Below, piece after piece: positions 27,363-38,109 of a stretch of 64,000 nt of DNA (its first letter is position 1; the number at the start of each line of letters is the position of its first letter). Source of the DNA: Minisyncoccota bacterium (GTDB lineage Bacteria; Patescibacteriota; Minisyncoccia; Phycocordibacterales; UBA9973); NCBI GenBank assembly GCA_035510575.1, contig DATKGV010000012.1, positions 7,596 through 71,595 on the forward strand, in the 5' to 3' direction. A program made the translations under genes and the position numbers. A model generated the notes under the pieces. It had not been told where the DNA came from and made no database searches. It saw only the letters and a list, made by a program, of their open reading frames with translations.

Positions 27363-29030
27363 TTAATAAACTTCCTGTTGATAACACTTCTCGCAATATA
27401 TGGTTTCTGGTCGATCTGGAGAGTAGGTTGTCTCAAATTCATTCAAACAATCTTTTTTCATACACTTCCTATGCCAAAGCTTGATGGGATTTCTTTTGGA
27501 CATTCTTTCTTTGTGACGACATTCAAAATCTTTGTGAGGTGAAGGCAGATGCATTCTTTTATAAAAATCTAATTCTGCTTGTATTAGTCTGAAGTTCTTG
27601 TTGCATTCTTCACAGACCAAAATTTCATTTGTTAGATTATCTACAACATCCTCTGGCATATTTGGTATTTCACCTTTTTTAATAGTTTCTTTTCCATAAG
27701 TACCAGTCGCTTTATCTTGCCATTTGTATCCTCTTTTCATTGTTTCATCTTTATTAAGAGGAAAGAAGTCTTGAATTAGTGATTCATTATAAGCAAAAGG
27801 CGCAACTTCTGGCGGAAAGAATTGTCCAAATATGTCTTCTTTTTTGAATTGTTCCTCAATTTTTTCTTTTAAATTAAAATATTCTTCTTTTGAATATTCC
27901 TTGTTCAAGATCATATAGTTACCTTTTCTAATAGAAATACATCCTATGGCATTTGATAAATGGTGGCAATTATCACAATACTCAACTTCATTACAATAAA
28001 ACACAAAAGCTGAATTTTTAAGTCTACTACCTTCAAGAGCACCCATAATATTGTATCCGAATTCAGGTTTATAATAATAATTATTACAATCCCAACTATC
28101 TATTGGTTTTTCGGTATCTTTCATATAAGAACAATTTTTTGAATCATAAGTATCAAAGAGCATTACTCCTTCATGACAATTATGAAGATAGTCTCCGGTT
28201 ACATTATGACATTTTGTTTGTGTGGAAAATTTTACGATAGTTTCCTTTTTTAATTTTTCAAATTCTTTTTTGGCGTTTTCTATACTTTCATAATCTTTTA
28301 AAATTTCAGATTTTTTCTTATCATATTCTTCTTTACTATATTTAATATTAAAAATTGAATTAGATATATTCATTCCATTTACGCAGAAAATACAATTATT
28401 TGAATTGTGAGTGTTGTAACAGAATAACAAATCACTAGACGACTGACATTTTTCACAAAACATGCATTTAAAACATTTACGACTATCTATGCATTCATAA
28501 CATAATTCTGATTCATGAAGAAAGGCGCAGTCTACGCACTGCTTGTCTCTTTGCATTAGTCTCCCATATAGACAATCTTCATTATAATCAGAAGCGAAAA
28601 TCAGATAGCAATCTTTATTTTCAGCTGATCCATTTGTATAATCGCTTCTAACATTTTGTATAGCCACAAGACCAAGCCTAGGTACTTCAAGTTGTAATTC
28701 TCTATATTGTTCAAAAAAAGTTTTAGAAAAATCATAATCTTTTGCAAAACTTTTTGGATCCCAATCATCACTCCACCAACATTTACTACAATATACTTTA
28801 TATGGAGATTCTGGATCATAAAGTGTAATCATATCTTTTTTACATAAATCGCACGGTCTTTTATATAAGATTCTTTCGTTTCGAAAGAGTAGACGTCTAG
28901 CCATTCGGCATTCTGGACAATAAAGCGGTGAAGCTGTTTTCATTTGTTCATAAAAAACAAGGTCTTCAGGTCTAATAATGAAGTCTTGTTTGCAAGTCCG
29001 GCACACTTTTTTTTCTGATTGGTATTTCAT
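27363..29030 (-). CDS. Cys-rich multi-CxxC protein of unknown function (paralogue 1)
   Basis: CRTCKQDF, CPECR..RR...RNE, many CxxC, ends YCEKCYQQEVY. Confidence 0.85.
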   Translation of the reverse strand: MKYQSEKKVCRTCKQDFIIRPEDLVFYEQMKTASPLYCPECRMARRLLFRNERILYKRPCDLCKKDMITLYDPESPYKVYCSKCWWSDDWDPKSFAKDYDFSKTFFEQYRELQLEVPRLGLVAIQNVRSDYTNGSAENKDCYLIFASDYNEDCLYGRLMQRDKQCVDCAFLHESELCYECIDSRKCFKCMFCEKCQSSSDLLFCYNTHNSNNCIFCVNGMNISNSIFNIKYSKEEYDKKKSEILKDYESIENAKKEFEKLKKETIVKFSTQTKCHNVTGDYLHNCHEGVMLFDTYDSKNCSYMKDTEKPIDSWDCNNYYYKPEFGYNIMGALEGSRLKNSAFVFYCNEVEYCDNCHHLSNAIGCISIRKGNYMILNKEYSKEEYFNLKEKIEEQFKKEDIFGQFFPPEVAPFAYNESLIQDFFPLNKDETMKRGYKWQDKATGTYGKETIKKGEIPNMPEDVVDNLTNEILVCEECNKNFRLIQAELDFYKRMHLPSPHKDFECRHKERMSKRNPIKLWHRKCMKKDCLNEFETTYSPDRPETIYCEKCYQQEVY

Positions 29031-30281
29031 TTAATAATCTTTTTTAAGCGCAGGTGGAACATCTTTAAGTTTTTTAACTGTCCAAGTTAATCCTGTCTTT
29101 GCCATTTCGTCCAAGAATATTTTTGAATCAAGCGATTCATCTTCAGTATTCTTGACTCCTGTGCCCTTCCATTTGCCTTGTAAGACAAGTTTGGCGCATG
29201 TAACCGTCGGAATGGCTGTAGTGTAGCCGATAGCATTGCCGCCGGTTTCCTTGAAAGCGCTCTCGTGGTCGCAGACATTATAAATGTAAACAACTTTTTT
29301 CTTGCCATCTTTGATGCCTGAAATAATATTGCCGATATTAGTCTTGCCTTTATAACTTTTATTGAAATCCTCGCCCTTTGGAAGTATGGCTTTCAAGAAT
29401 TTAACTGGAATAATGGATGTGCCTTGGTAATCTATAGGATCAATTCTGGTAAGCCCGACATTGTAAAGTACGCGCAAATAAGTCAAATATGTCGTTGAAA
29501 ATGTCATCCAAAAGCGAATTCTCTTCAAATCCGGCATGTGAGTCGGTATTGTCTCCATTTCTTCGTGATACATGAGATATGGGGTAAATCTGCCCGCTTC
29601 TGGAAAATCAAAATCAATATGCGAGGCATCTTCGTCGATAAGGCGCCCTCTCTCCTGCCATTTGCCGTTTTTCCAGAACTTAATCGGCAGGATTAGTTCG
29701 CGCAAATTTATTTCCGGGTCGAAATTCGGAGCAAATTTTATTTTCTTGTCTTTTGATCCGCCGTTGCAGTCCAATATGTCAATTGTGTAAACTTTATCAA
29801 AAAGATAATCGCGCGCGTAAGCCGAGAAAATATTTGAGACCCCAGGATCAAAACCGCAGCCGGTTATGGCAAGCAAATTTTTATTTTTAAAATCTTTGTC
29901 TTTGGCAAGCTGTTTGGCGTAAGAAAAGCCGTATTTATCCGGATGCTCATAGCAAGCGGTGTCTATATAGTTGACGCCATATTCCAAACAGGCATCCATG
30001 ACTTTCAAATTATCATAAGGACTTCCCCAATTTACGACAAGTCTGGGATTTACTTCTTTCAGAAGTTTCAGAAGGAATAAATCCTCGCTGACATCGCCCC
30101 GATGGATATGCAAATCCACTTTGCCGTTTGTTCTTTTTTTTATTGAATCCCTGACAGCTTCGCATTTGGCAAGCGTCCGCCCGACGACATGAATCTCGGA
30201 AAAAATATCCGGATATTGGGCCATCTTATGCAAGCCGACGCTGCCGACATTCCCGCATCCGATTACAAGTATTTTAGACAT
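29031..30281 (-). CDS. Carboxyspermidine dehydrogenase (saccharopine dehydrogenase family)
   Basis: IGCGNVG, YIDTA, GCGFDPG, DILDCNGG, NFDPEINLRE, YHEE, RIRFWMTF. Confidence 0.9.
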   Translation of the reverse strand: MSKILVIGCGNVGSVGLHKMAQYPDIFSEIHVVGRTLAKCEAVRDSIKKRTNGKVDLHIHRGDVSEDLFLLKLLKEVNPRLVVNWGSPYDNLKVMDACLEYGVNYIDTACYEHPDKYGFSYAKQLAKDKDFKNKNLLAITGCGFDPGVSNIFSAYARDYLFDKVYTIDILDCNGGSKDKKIKFAPNFDPEINLRELILPIKFWKNGKWQERGRLIDEDASHIDFDFPEAGRFTPYLMYHEEMETIPTHMPDLKRIRFWMTFSTTYLTYLRVLYNVGLTRIDPIDYQGTSIIPVKFLKAILPKGEDFNKSYKGKTNIGNIISGIKDGKKKVVYIYNVCDHESAFKETGGNAIGYTTAIPTVTCAKLVLQGKWKGTGVKNTEDESLDSKIFLDEMAKTGLTWTVKKLKDVPPALKKDY

Positions 30282-30363
30282 AAAATAAGTTTACTATCGC
30301 CACCCCTATAAGTCAATAAATAATCTTTGATTTTCGGCTTAAATGTTATATATTTAAGTGGTT

Positions 30364-31680
30364 ATGGCACGAAAAATTATAATAAATAAATTCGGCGGAG
30401 GAATACTGACTAAAAAATTCATTCCGTTGATTAAGGAGCGTTTGAATGAGCAAATAAAAGCAGGTTATATGCCTGTCATTGTCGTTTCAGCAATGCATGG
30501 AATTACTGATGAAATAATCAAGTTTCTAAATAATAAAAAAATATCAGATCAATCAATTAGAGTGTTTATAAAAAATCTTAGAGATATGCATGATCAAATA
30601 ATGGCAAATATGGGTGTTAAAGTTAATTTGCAAGAAATATTTTCTAAGTTAAGGACTGTCCTTGAGGAGGCCCTCTTAAGGACAGTCCTTGCACCCGCAG
30701 ACGAAGATGAAATAGTTTCTTATGGAGAGAAATTATCGGCAGCTATTTTAACTTCTTATTTAAGCGACCTTAAATTGCCGGTAAAGAAATATTTAGCAGA
30801 AGAAATACCTATAATAACTGATGATAATTTCAAGAATGCAAATATTTTATATAAGGAATCGGAAAAAAATGTTCAAAATAAATTTCTCAATTTAAAAGAA
30901 ATACCAATTATTCCAGGTTTTACCGGCATAACTAGAGACGGGCAAACTACGACGCTTGGCCGAGGAGGCACTGATACGACTGCTTGCTTCATCGGATCTG
31001 CTCTTCAAGCTCGCAATATAATTTTATGGAAAGACGTGGCAGGCGTGTTTTCAGCCGATCCTAAAATAGTTCCCAAGGCGCGCACAATACCGTATATAAG
31101 CTACAGAGAAGCCGAGGAATCCGGCAAAGTCATTCATGAAAAAGCCATTCAATATGTTAAAATGTTTAAAACCCCGATTGAAATAACTTATATCGCAAAT
31201 CCCAAATTAAAGACAAAAATTGGCAAAATTATGGATCAGCAAAAAGGCGCCAAGATAGTCAGCTTCAAAAAAGATCTGGCTCTGATTATTATTACTGATG
31301 AAACTGCAAAAATAACGGAGCTTCTATATGAGACGAGCCGAATTTTTTCCAAATACAAAGTTGATATGATACTTATCAGCAATACCCGTTACAGCTTGCA
31401 AATCGTGGCTGATAATAACAACGGATTGCTCGATAAAGTTATTGGCGAATTAAAAGGCAACTTTTCTAAAATTGAAATTTCCAAGGTTAACATGTTTTTC
31501 TTAGTCGGCAATTTTAACGTCAAAGATGTGAATGATTTCAATGATATTTTAATCAAGCATAAAACCGGCCTCCAAATCAGCGCCTTCCTTTATGAGAATT
31601 GCACTCGGCTTGAAGCAGTGGTTAAAAGTGATAAGGTTGAAGATATTATTAGAGTTCTATATAAGAAATTTATTAAATAA
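30364..31680 (+). CDS. lysC: Aspartate kinase
   Basis: KFGG, VVSAM.GITD, SYGEKLS, TTLGRGGTD, WKDVAGVFSADP, ACT-like C-terminus. Confidence 0.92.
   Translation: MARKIIINKFGGGILTKKFIPLIKERLNEQIKAGYMPVIVVSAMHGITDEIIKFLNNKKISDQSIRVFIKNLRDMHDQIMANMGVKVNLQEIFSKLRTVLEEALLRTVLAPADEDEIVSYGEKLSAAILTSYLSDLKLPVKKYLAEEIPIITDDNFKNANILYKESEKNVQNKFLNLKEIPIIPGFTGITRDGQTTTLGRGGTDTTACFIGSALQARNIILWKDVAGVFSADPKIVPKARTIPYISYREAEESGKVIHEKAIQYVKMFKTPIEITYIANPKLKTKIGKIMDQQKGAKIVSFKKDLALIIITDETAKITELLYETSRIFSKYKVDMILISNTRYSLQIVADNNNGLLDKVIGELKGNFSKIEISKVNMFFLVGNFNVKDVNDFNDILIKHKTGLQISAFLYENCTRLEAVVKSDKVEDIIRVLYKKFIK
30651..30690. repeat. Inverted doublet of 13-bp palindromes inside lysC
   Basis: aaggactgtcctt...aaggacagtcctt. 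Confidence 0.8.
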
Positions 31681-31681
31681 A

Positions 31682-32770
31682 ATGAAAATATTTAATGTTG
31701 GAATTCTTGGCGCTACGGGCATGGTCGGACAGAATTATATTCGCCTTCTGGAAAATCATCCGTGGTTTAAAGTTGTCTATCTGGCAGCTTCAGCCAATTC
31801 CGCCGGCTATAAATATCATGAGGCGGTTTCAAGCAGATGGCACATGGCATCGCCTATTCCAGCAGATGTGAAAAATATTATTGTAGAAGATGTGGCTAAT
31901 GTGGATAAAGCTAGAACAAAATGTGATTTTGTCTTTTCAGCTTTTGAACTTCCAGATAAAAAATTAGTCAAGGAAATAGAAGAGAAATATGCAAGCGTCG
32001 GACTGCCGGTCATATCTAATGCTTCTGCAAATAGAAATACTGATGATGTTCCAATGATTATTCCAGAAATTAATACTGAGCATTTGGAGATGATTCCAAT
32101 TCAGCAAAAAAATCACGGCTGGAAAAAAGGTTTTATAGTTGTGAAGCCGAATTGCAGCTTGCAAAGCTATCTTCTGCCGATTTTCGCCTTGATTCAGGCC
32201 GGTTATCCTGTTAAAAAAATACTTATTACCACTCTTCAAGCTGTTTCCGGAGCGGGCTATCCGGGAGTTGCAAGCTTGGATATTTTAGACAATGTTATAC
32301 CTTATATCGGCGGCGAGGAAGAAAAAACCGAAAACGAACCGCTGAAAATTTTAGGCCAGATTAAAAGCAAAAAGTTTGTTAATGCCGAAGATATTGCAAT
32401 CTCAGCGACTTGTACAAGAGTGCCGGTATCCGACGGTCATTTGGCAGCAGTCAATATTTTATTCGGGGCAAGCAAACCAACTAAAGAAGAAATAATAAAA
32501 ATTTGGACAGAATTTAAATCTTTACCACAAAATTTGAAACTGCCTTTTGCTCCTAAAAACCCGATAATTTATCTTGAAGAAGAAAATCGTCCACAACCGA
32601 AATATGATCGTGACACAGATAAAGGCATGGCTGTAACTGTCGGACGCTTAAGAGATTGCAGTATATTCGACTATAAGTTCGTATCTTTAAGCCATAATAC
32701 CGTTCGCGGAGCCGCCGGAGGAGGAATCCTAAACGCCGAACTTTTAGTTAAAAAGGGGTATATAAAATAG
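31682..32770 (+). CDS. asd: Aspartate-semialdehyde dehydrogenase
   Basis: GATGMVGQ, PNCS, QAVSGAGYPG, RVPVSDGH, HNTVRGAAGG. Confidence 0.96.
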   Translation: MKIFNVGILGATGMVGQNYIRLLENHPWFKVVYLAASANSAGYKYHEAVSSRWHMASPIPADVKNIIVEDVANVDKARTKCDFVFSAFELPDKKLVKEIEEKYASVGLPVISNASANRNTDDVPMIIPEINTEHLEMIPIQQKNHGWKKGFIVVKPNCSLQSYLLPIFALIQAGYPVKKILITTLQAVSGAGYPGVASLDILDNVIPYIGGEEEKTENEPLKILGQIKSKKFVNAEDIAISATCTRVPVSDGHLAAVNILFGASKPTKEEIIKIWTEFKSLPQNLKLPFAPKNPIIYLEEENRPQPKYDRDTDKGMAVTVGRLRDCSIFDYKFVSLSHNTVRGAAGGGILNAELLVKKGYIK

Positions 32771-34153
32771 TTACCAGCCGAATTCTTTGCCGACATCATC
32801 TGGAGTTTCTCTTTTGCTAGCCACAACAATATGTCCATTCTCGACAATAATTTTCATTGGAGAAGAAAGCATGCAGTGTTTAGCTGCCAGAGAATCTTCA
32901 TAAGCTCCTGTATCATAAACAACAAGATACATTGACTCGTTGCCGCCATTAACATCAAAATCTGGCAACATTATTACTCCATTTTTACCCTTATAGACAT
33001 CATCTGAATCGCAGCTAGATCCTGCCAGCCAAACTTCAGTTAAATTATTATCATTTTTATTGTTTACTGGAGAAAGCGCCCATTTTTGTTCTATGGCCCA
33101 CGTATCAAGAAGGTCGTTCATAAAACTGCCATCTATCACATACCACTTCTTAGCTGGACATTTTTTATAATTAATAATTTTTGTGTCTATTATTTTAAAT
33201 ACTGTAATTTGCGCTGGCGCTACCATGTATCTGCCCCACTCGCAAATTAGATTAGGATGAGGAACTCCCCTTTTTTCAGATTCTCGTTTGAGCAGTTCTA
33301 AAATTTTTTCCATTAATTTATCTGTCGAATAACCTTTAGTTCTTGTATATGGTATGGGCATGCCGCCTCCAATATCCAGAGTATCAAGAGATGGATTCTT
33401 TTCTTTTAATTTAAAATATACATCAAGGGCATATTTAATAGGAACAATAACATCAGATAATTTTTCTATTTGTGATCCTATATGATAGTGAATAATTTTC
33501 AAATTCTTAAATGATTCCATTTTGAGAATTTCTTTTGCTGAAAATCCGAAACGATCAATCGGCTTATTCCAATAAGAACTGGTTTTTACCGGCATATCAA
33601 GCCGGAGGCCGACGTCAAATTTAGAATATTGAAATGGTTTGAGTTCGTTCGGCCCCTCGATTATCGGAATTATTTTTAATCCCCGATGCTGAAGCTCATC
33701 TATCAGATTTATATATTTATCAGTTTTTGGACCGCTGCAAAGAACGCGAATGTTTGGATTGAAAGTTTCTTGTTCAAGCATTTTCTTCACTAGCCATAAT
33801 TCATTATAGGAAGAAGTTTCCAAGTGTGCTCCTTCGCCAACTATGGACATAACAACTTCTTTGGTTTGATTAACTTTCATCGGATAATGATAATAAAACT
33901 TGCCTTTATATCCCAACTTTTTCGACAGCATAACAGTCAAATCAAGCATATCTTCTATTCGCTCTTCAATCACAAAAGGCATCAAAATTTCTAGTGATGT
34001 TCCAAACTTCTCCGCCAAGTAGCGGACGTTGTATATATTATGGCCTTCTTTGATTATTAAATCCCCTTCATTATTGAAATCAAAATATTGAGTGTTGAAA
34101 TCATTTATGCCGAGCTTCCATAATTTTCTGGAAGCGATTGAACGTTTATTCAT
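32771..34153 (-). CDS. speA: Biosynthetic arginine decarboxylase, short SpeA-like form
   Basis: YPMKVNQ (PLP lysine), HYHIGSQI, LDIGGG, SCDSDD, GAY. Confidence 0.8.
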   Translation of the reverse strand: MNKRSIASRKLWKLGINDFNTQYFDFNNEGDLIIKEGHNIYNVRYLAEKFGTSLEILMPFVIEERIEDMLDLTVMLSKKLGYKGKFYYHYPMKVNQTKEVVMSIVGEGAHLETSSYNELWLVKKMLEQETFNPNIRVLCSGPKTDKYINLIDELQHRGLKIIPIIEGPNELKPFQYSKFDVGLRLDMPVKTSSYWNKPIDRFGFSAKEILKMESFKNLKIIHYHIGSQIEKLSDVIVPIKYALDVYFKLKEKNPSLDTLDIGGGMPIPYTRTKGYSTDKLMEKILELLKRESEKRGVPHPNLICEWGRYMVAPAQITVFKIIDTKIINYKKCPAKKWYVIDGSFMNDLLDTWAIEQKWALSPVNNKNDNNLTEVWLAGSSCDSDDVYKGKNGVIMLPDFDVNGGNESMYLVVYDTGAYEDSLAAKHCMLSSPMKIIVENGHIVVASKRETPDDVGKEFGW

Positions 34154-34238
34154 CTCTTTGCATCAAGCAATTTTTTTTCTGCCTGTGATAAATAATAATA
34201 AAAACAATTGTATCAAAAATTACAAATATGTAAAGCTT

Positions 34239-35342
34239 TTACAGCCCTTCCGCTTTCAATTTTTCCACTATGTCTCTCGCGCTGCGCGACAATTTTGCCG
34301 GCATCTTGATAATTATGCGAAGAATGATGTCGCCTCGGCCGCGACTGGACGGGACTCCTTTGCCTCTTACGCGCAGCATTTCGCCATTATTAATGCCTTC
34401 GGGTATTTTTACTTCTACCACATTGCCTTCAAGGGTCTTCAGATTGTAAGCCATGCCCATAAGAGCATCAGTAAGCTTAATCGGCAGATCCATGGTTAAG
34501 TTTAAACCATCACGCTTAAAAACGGGATGTGGTTCCACATTTATTTTAATATATAAGTCGCCCGATGTTCCATCTTGCACCGCTTCGCCGCTTCCGGTTA
34601 TGCGGACCATTTCGCCGTTATTAATTCCAGCCGGGATATTTACGCTTATCTCTTCATCTTTCTTATAGACGCCGCTGCCGTGGCATTGAGGACACTTCTC
34701 AGACGGAATTTTGCCTTTGCCTCGGCAGGTCTCGCATGTCTTGACGCTTGAAAAACTCCCAAGAATCGATTGCCTGATTTCGCTGACTTGGCCGCTGCCG
34801 TTGCAGGTCTTGCAAGTATTCATTTTTGATCCCGGTTTTGCGCCGGTGCCTTTGCAGACATCGCAGACAGATTGCTTATTGATAAATATCTTGCGAGTCG
34901 CGCCGAAAATCGAGTCCTTGAACGGCAGATTGATTTCAGTCGATATGTCTCTGCCTCGGCGGGCGCTTTGCTTGCTTCGTTTCATGCTGCCACCAAAAAA
35001 ATCGCCGAAAATATCGCCAAGATCTCCCATATCAAATTCTACGCCTCCATTCTGGCCGGTGAAATCAAAACCGCTGAAACCGCCTTGCTGATATCCTTGT
35101 TGCGCTCCGCCATAACCTCCTCCGTTAAAAGATGGACCTTCCGATCCGAATCTGTCGTATTGCGCGCGCTTTTGATCATCTGAAAGCGTCTGATAGGCCT
35201 CATTGACTTCCTTGAACTTCTTATCGTCTCCTTTATTCTTATCAGGATGATATTTATGCGCCATCTTATGAAAGGCCTTCTTGATTTCATCTTTCGAAGC
35301 AGTTTTATTTACACCAAGTGTATTGTAGTAATCTTTAGGCAT
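34239..35342 (-). CDS. dnaJ: Chaperone DnaJ
   Basis: HPD motif, four CxxCxGxG repeats. Confidence 0.97.
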   Translation of the reverse strand: MPKDYYNTLGVNKTASKDEIKKAFHKMAHKYHPDKNKGDDKKFKEVNEAYQTLSDDQKRAQYDRFGSEGPSFNGGGYGGAQQGYQQGGFSGFDFTGQNGGVEFDMGDLGDIFGDFFGGSMKRSKQSARRGRDISTEINLPFKDSIFGATRKIFINKQSVCDVCKGTGAKPGSKMNTCKTCNGSGQVSEIRQSILGSFSSVKTCETCRGKGKIPSEKCPQCHGSGVYKKDEEISVNIPAGINNGEMVRITGSGEAVQDGTSGDLYIKINVEPHPVFKRDGLNLTMDLPIKLTDALMGMAYNLKTLEGNVVEVKIPEGINNGEMLRVRGKGVPSSRGRGDIILRIIIKMPAKLSRSARDIVEKLKAEGL

Positions 35343-35360
35343 GTGATTTGTTTCGTAATA

Positions 35361-35395
35361 ACTTGTCCCGTAGTGAGCTTTGCTCTACTATGGGA
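35361..35395 (+). repeat. CTTG-footed hairpin between dnaK and dnaJ
   Basis: acttg-tcccgtagtgagc-ttt-gctctactatggga. Confidence 0.65.
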
Positions 35396-35409
35396 TCTTT
35401 GGCCATGAA

Positions 35410-37302
35410 TTATTTCTTCTCTGGATTTTCGTTTACTTCAGCGTCTTTGATTTCTTCGCCTTGAGCTTCTGGAGTTGCTGGTGCGCCTTCTTGCGGAGCG
35501 TTCTTGCTCATAGCTTCGCCAATTTTTGAAACTTCAGTTGTAAGAGCTTCGAGTGCAGTTTTAATTGCTTGCAAGTCAGTGCCGTCTTTGGCTTTCTTCA
35601 CATCGGCAATTTTGCCTTCTACGCTTGTCTTAAGTTCAGTCGGAATTTTATCGCCGTATTCTTTAAGCGATTTTTCAGATGAAAAGATTATCATTTCCGC
35701 CGTATTTTTCTCATCAACCAATTCCTTCTTCTTGGCATCCTCATCAGCATGAGCTTCGGCGTCATCTTTCATTTTCTTTATATCGGCATCAGTAAGACCA
35801 GATGAGGCCTCAATGCGGATTGATTGCTCCTTACCCGAAGCTTTATCTTTAGCTTTAACATTTAAGATTCCGTTGGCATCAACATCAAAAGTCACTTCTA
35901 TCTGCGGCATGCCTCGAGGGGCCGGCGGAATGCCATCTAGAATAAACCTGCCGAGTGACTTATTATCGGATGCCATCGGGCGCTCGCCTTGCGTAATATG
36001 AATTTCCACGGATGTCTGATTATCAGCGGCAGTTGAGAACACTTGGCTCTTTGAGTTTGGAATTGTCGTATTGCGTTCAATAAGCTTGGTAGCCACTCCG
36101 CCAAGCGTTTCAATGCCGAGCGATAGCGGTATGACGTCAAGAAGAAGGACATCTTTAACATCGCCTTGAAGGACTCCAGCTTGAACAGCCGCGCCGAGCG
36201 CCACAACTTCATCCGGATTAATGGAACGGTTCGGCTCTTTGCCGTTGAACAATTTCTTGACTTCTTCAACAATTTTAGGCATGCGCGTCTGTCCGCCAAC
36301 CATGATAATTTCATTAATTTCATTCATCTTGAACGGCGAGACCTCCATTGCGCGCTTTGAAATCTCTATCGATCTCGTAATATATTCTTCAGCTAGCGAC
36401 TCAAGCGTGGCGCGAGTCATTTTCATAAGAAGATGCTTCGGGCCCGATGCATCGGATGTGATAAACGGAATATTAATTTCTGTTTCCGGCGTGGTTGAAA
36501 GTTCAATCTTGGCTTTTTCAGCGGCTTCATCAAGGCGCTGAAGCGCCAGCGGATCTTTAGTGACATCTATGCCTGATTCTTTTTTATATTCAGCCGCAAT
36601 CCAATTGATTATTTTCTGATCTATATCACGGCCTCCCATGTGCGAGTCGCCGTCGGTGGATTTCACTTCTATAACATCGTCTGAGACCTCAAGCACGGAA
36701 ATATCAAATGTTCCGCCTCCGAAATCGTACACAACTATCTTTTCATTTTTCTTGGTATTAAATCCATAAGCAAGAGCGGCCGCTGTCGGCTCATTTATAA
36801 TTCTCTTTACATCGAGACCGGCAATTGCTCCGGCATCTTTGGTGGCTTTTCTTTGCGCGTCATTGAAATATGCTGGCACGGTAATAATAGCTTCAGTGAT
36901 TTTCTCGCCAAGCTTGGCTTCAACATCGGTCTTAATCTTTGAGAGAATCATGGCTGAAATCTCTTCCGGACGATACCATTTATTGCCGATATTCACTTCA
37001 ACTCCGCCGTCAGTTCCTTTCTGAATTTTGAACGGCGCCGTTTTTTGCGATTTCTGGATTTCCGGATCGTCAAACATGTGGCCCATGAATCGCTTGATGC
37101 CGTAAATAGTATTCTGCGGATTTGTCACCGCCTGGCGCTTGGCAAGCAAACCGACAAGGCGATCGCCATTCTTGGCAATTGCGACAATCGACGGAGTTGT
37201 TCGTCCGCCTTCAATATTTTCTATAATCTTCGGCTGCCCTCCTTCTATAATCGCAACCGCGCTATTTGTTGTACCCAAGTCAATACCAATTATTTTTGAC
37301 AT
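35410..37302 (-). CDS. dnaK: Chaperone DnaK
   Basis: [25 protein letters not shown]. Confidence 0.98.
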   Translation of the reverse strand: MSKIIGIDLGTTNSAVAIIEGGQPKIIENIEGGRTTPSIVAIAKNGDRLVGLLAKRQAVTNPQNTIYGIKRFMGHMFDDPEIQKSQKTAPFKIQKGTDGGVEVNIGNKWYRPEEISAMILSKIKTDVEAKLGEKITEAIITVPAYFNDAQRKATKDAGAIAGLDVKRIINEPTAAALAYGFNTKKNEKIVVYDFGGGTFDISVLEVSDDVIEVKSTDGDSHMGGRDIDQKIINWIAAEYKKESGIDVTKDPLALQRLDEAAEKAKIELSTTPETEINIPFITSDASGPKHLLMKMTRATLESLAEEYITRSIEISKRAMEVSPFKMNEINEIIMVGGQTRMPKIVEEVKKLFNGKEPNRSINPDEVVALGAAVQAGVLQGDVKDVLLLDVIPLSLGIETLGGVATKLIERNTTIPNSKSQVFSTAADNQTSVEIHITQGERPMASDNKSLGRFILDGIPPAPRGMPQIEVTFDVDANGILNVKAKDKASGKEQSIRIEASSGLTDADIKKMKDDAEAHADEDAKKKELVDEKNTAEMIIFSSEKSLKEYGDKIPTELKTSVEGKIADVKKAKDGTDLQAIKTALEALTTEVSKIGEAMSKNAPQEGAPATPEAQGEEIKDAEVNENPEKK

Positions 37303-37318
37303 ATATTTGTTTAGCATA

Positions 37319-37384
37319 GCAAATTATTTATTTCTGAATGGTCTGGTGAGAAAGTCCGAGGACCTGAAGAAATATATAATTTGC
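37319..37384. repeat. Structured repeat, copy A (upstream of dnaK)
   Basis: 32-nt core gaatggtctggtgagaaagtccgaggacctga closed by a 17-bp AT-rich stem with one mismatch. Confidence 0.8.
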
Positions 37385-37563
37385 GAAGCGTTTTTAATTA
37401 ATAATTTTTAATTTATAGAAGCATTATATACTACTCTTTTATTTTTGACAAGTATTTCGTGGTCGCGAGATACTTGTATATTGGTAATATAATTGATAAT
37501 ATATGGGCATGTCAACCCCGTAGTAGATTTTGACATTTAAAAGGGGTTTTCATTATAAAATAT

Positions 37564-38109
37564 ATGTCAAAATTCACTACAGGGTCAAGTAAAAGCGACT
37601 ATTCCAAGAAAATATTGAAGATTTTGGCTGAAAAACCGGCAGTTTCTGTTATGGAACTTGTAGATAGGGCTTTAGGCGCTCAGATAGCGCCTAAAGCCCT
37701 ATCTACGTATGCCCTTACACGCTCGCTAAAAGGCCTTACAGAGGCAGGATTTGTTGAGAGCGTATCATCGGGTCAAAACGAATACGCGCGTCTTACAAAC
37801 GAAGGCAAGCGCAAGGCCTATAGCATAAAACTGGAATCCGGACTTGTTTCAACGAAATGGGACGGCTATTGGCGAATGATTATGCTTGATCTGCCAGAAG
37901 AACGCAAAAGCGAACGCGAGGCGCTTCGCTATCTGCTCAAAAAGGCCGGATTTGTCTGTGTTAAAAATTCTGTCTGGGTGTCTATGTACCCATATGAGAA
38001 TCTTTTCATAAATATTAAAAAAGATCTCGGTCTTACAACCGAGATGATGATACTCGTCACAGATAAAATTGACGAAGAAACAGAGAAAGAATTAATTAAG
38101 ATGTTTTAA
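37564..38109 (+). CDS. PaaX-like regulator (wHTH plus Cas2-like domain)
   Basis: RLTNEG, WDGYWRMIMLDLPE..KSEREALR..LKKAGF...NSVW. Confidence 0.8.
   Translation: MSKFTTGSSKSDYSKKILKILAEKPAVSVMELVDRALGAQIAPKALSTYALTRSLKGLTEAGFVESVSSGQNEYARLTNEGKRKAYSIKLESGLVSTKWDGYWRMIMLDLPEERKSEREALRYLLKKAGFVCVKNSVWVSMYPYENLFINIKKDLGLTTEMMILVTDKIDEETEKELIKMF
37660..37706. repeat. 21-bp perfect-arm palindrome in frame in the PaaX-like gene
   Basis: gtagatagggctttaggcgct-cagat-agcgcctaaagccctatctac. Confidence 0.9.

Noticed and set aside
37336-37367. Hammerhead resemblance (CTGGTGAG...GTCCGAGGAC)
   Set aside because: The core deviates from CUGANGA and lacks GAAA after the putative stem II.
37564-38109. Cas2-like motif as part of a CRISPR system
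   Set aside because: No repeat-spacer array or other cas genes; the domain layout fits PaaX-like regulators.
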